From Octopus vulgaris (Eukaryota): a stretch of 64,000 nucleotides of DNA. The notes beneath the pieces were generated by a model, which saw nothing but the letters and a program-made list of their open reading frames with translations, was not told the origin of the DNA and ran no database searches. Numbering within the stretch: position 1 is the first letter of the stretch; every line of letters starts with the position of its first letter. The DNA lies in NCBI GenBank assembly GCA_951406725.2, contig OX597838.1:23498001-23562000 (forward strand), written 5' to 3'. The position numbers were made by a program, and so were the translations under genes. Below, piece after piece: positions 62,136 through 64,000 of this stretch.

Positions 62136-62704
62136 TTGGGTTGTCCGGAAAGTTCGTGCCGATTTATAGTAGCTTACCTTTCGACTTATTTTAGAACCTG
62201 GTTGAGTCCATAAAACAGAATTTGACTGCACCTCCATTTAGAGCACAGTTTATGCTATCTTTTCGTGGAAGAAGGTTTATGTTCCTATAACCTGTGTTAA
62301 TTCTGTAACCCTTTAAAATGGAAGATAAGAAAGTTCATTTTCGGCACTTGATGCTTTGGGAACCAGACAAAAATTGCTGCAGCTCGGCTGGGATGTGTTA
62401 CCACCCCACCCTCCATATTCACCAGATTTTGCTCCTTTGGATTTCCACTTATTCAGGTCTCTGCAGAATAGTCTTAATGGTAAAAATTTCAATTCCGTGG
62501 ATGACGTAAAAAGATACCTTGATGAATTCTTTGCCATGAAACCACCCCAATTCTGGGAAGAGGGTATTTTCAAGTTAAAGGAAAGATGGAGATGCATTGT
62601 GCAACAAAATGGTTCATATTTGGTTGATTAAAAATGTAATGGCAAGTATTTATTGACCTTTTTCTTCCCTTTAAAAATTGGCACGAACTTTCTGGACAAC
62701 CCAA
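62136..62704 (+). mobile_element. Internally deleted mariner transposon
   Basis: ~30-bp inverted ends TTGGGTTGTCCGGAAAGTTCGTGCCGATTT; MEDKKVHFRHLMLWE fused out of frame to LGWDVLPHPPYSPDFAPLDFHLFRSL..YLVD*. Confidence 0.93.
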
Positions 62705-62865
62705 TAGAATATTATTGTAGAGTAAGTGTGAGACATGTCCAATATGTTCACCGTCATCACTTCAGTGCAGGGAAAGTTCACCATAAGGAATGTTCACTGC
62801 GAGGAAAGTTCACCGCAAGGAAAATTTATGGAGAAATAAGTTTACAGTAAGAAAATAAAAGAACC

Positions 62866-63260
62866 TAGTTAAGTTCCAGATTCAGTAATATTGTAAATAA
62901 AGGGTTCAACATTGGTTCAATGTCAGCGTGTGCATATAAGAATTTTTTGTGTAATAAGATAAAAAACCAAGGCTGTATAGATATAGCATTTATAGATAGG
63001 TCTTACAGCTGTTTCTAGGATATTTATTAATAATATCCCTTCATCGGACTTAGCTATCCTCTCACACCGTCTCTGATGAAGGGATATTATTAATTAATAT
63101 CCTAGAAACAGCTGTAAGACCTTCTATCTATAAATACTCTAATATCTATACAGCCTTGGTTTTTTATTTTATTACGCAAAAAATTCTTATGTACACACGC
63201 TGACATAGAACCAATGTTGAACCCTTTATTCGCAATATTACCGAATCTGGCACTTAACTA
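62866..63260. repeat. Fold-back palindrome (~185-190-bp arms, 19-nt loop), Penelope-like inverted terminal repeats
   Basis: 62866-63049 is the reverse complement of 63069-63260 with scattered mismatches; lies within a MITE-like element (~62767-63400). Confidence 0.92.
63069..63120 (+). ncRNA. Type I minimal hammerhead ribozyme motif
   Basis: GTCT-CTGATGA-A-GGGATATT..AATATCCT-A-GAAA-CAGCTG-TA-AGAC; palindromic stem III ACAGCTGT; predicted cleavage after 63116. Confidence 0.78.
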
Positions 63261-63797
63261 TGGTCTGTCTATAGCACTTATTCAGCATTGCCTGACACCT
63301 TTGGAAAATATAAGAAATTTTTTTTTAACTCTGAGGTTCACAGTGAATTGATGGCAGTGAACTCTACTGCGATGAATTGACGGTGGTGAACTTACCTGTA
63401 ATTAGTGTGAGAGGCCAGATTTGTCCAGTTTGGAGATAAAACAGATTATTTTGGCTGGATATGGCCAGTCTAAATGCTAAAGGGTTAATTATCATCATCA
63501 TAATTTAACGTTTCCTTTTTCTATGCTGTCATGGGTTGGACAGTTTGAGATGAACTGATGGACCAGTTCTGGCCATAAGAAATCTGCCTCCATAAATATC
63601 TGTCTGACCCATGCAAGCATACATCCACAAACATGTCTGACCATTGGGGAAGATATTAGCCTTGCTTGGAAACAGAGGAGGGTTGGCCACAGGAAGGGCT
63701 TCTGACCATGGGAAATCTGCCTCAATGAATATCTGTCTGACCCATGCAAACATAGAAAAGTAGACATTATAACAATGATGATGCTATATTTGACCTT

Positions 63798-64000
63798 ACT
63801 CTCTTTTACTCTTTTACTTGTTTCGGTCATTTGACTGCGGCCATGCTGGAGCACCGTCTTTAGTCGAGGAAATCGACCCCCAGGACTTATTCTTTGTAAG
63901 CCTACCACTTATTCTATCGGTCTCTTTTGCCGAACCGCTAAGTTACGGGGACGTAAACACACCAGCATCGGTTGACAAGCGATGTTGGGGGGACAAACAC
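63798..64000 (-). mobile_element. SINE family A (3' part; runs off the window)
   Basis: Reverse complement of tail and body. Confidence 0.88.

Overview
Repeat-dense, AT-rich eukaryotic DNA. The SINE families look like those of octopus; this is my recognition, not a database result. Most six-frame ORFs are artefacts of SINEs and microsatellites. Main content: (i) a 10.2-kb head-to-tail array of three minus-strand L1/Tx1-clade retrotransposons (5'-truncated ORF2 copy, full ORF1+ORF2 copy, ORF1-only element). Each 3' end is followed by GAAATTCG, and the array is nested in one non-autonomous Helitron (9715-20355). (ii) More ORF1-only-type fragments and an abundant SINE family share the Tx1 3' tail (GCCCCTWGTGGGTAATAAAGAAATA); the SINE recurrently joins to one internal site of itself. 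(iii) Four apparently intact and two degenerate type-I hammerhead ribozyme motifs in a Penelope-like context, one inside a ~395-bp fold-back. (iv) An old tandem duplication and decayed minus-strand coding-like paralogues with 18-bp and 46-bp minisatellites. (v) Fragments of CR1, RTE, Penelope, Helitron, mariner and hAT elements. (vi) One convincing host coding exon (61414-61609, +) resembling the N-terminus of PhnD/phosphonate-binding-like proteins, whose splice donor is duplicated by a SINE target-site duplication (TSD). No rRNA, CRISPR or functional tRNA was seen. Coordinates were read by eye and repeat edges may be off by a few bases.
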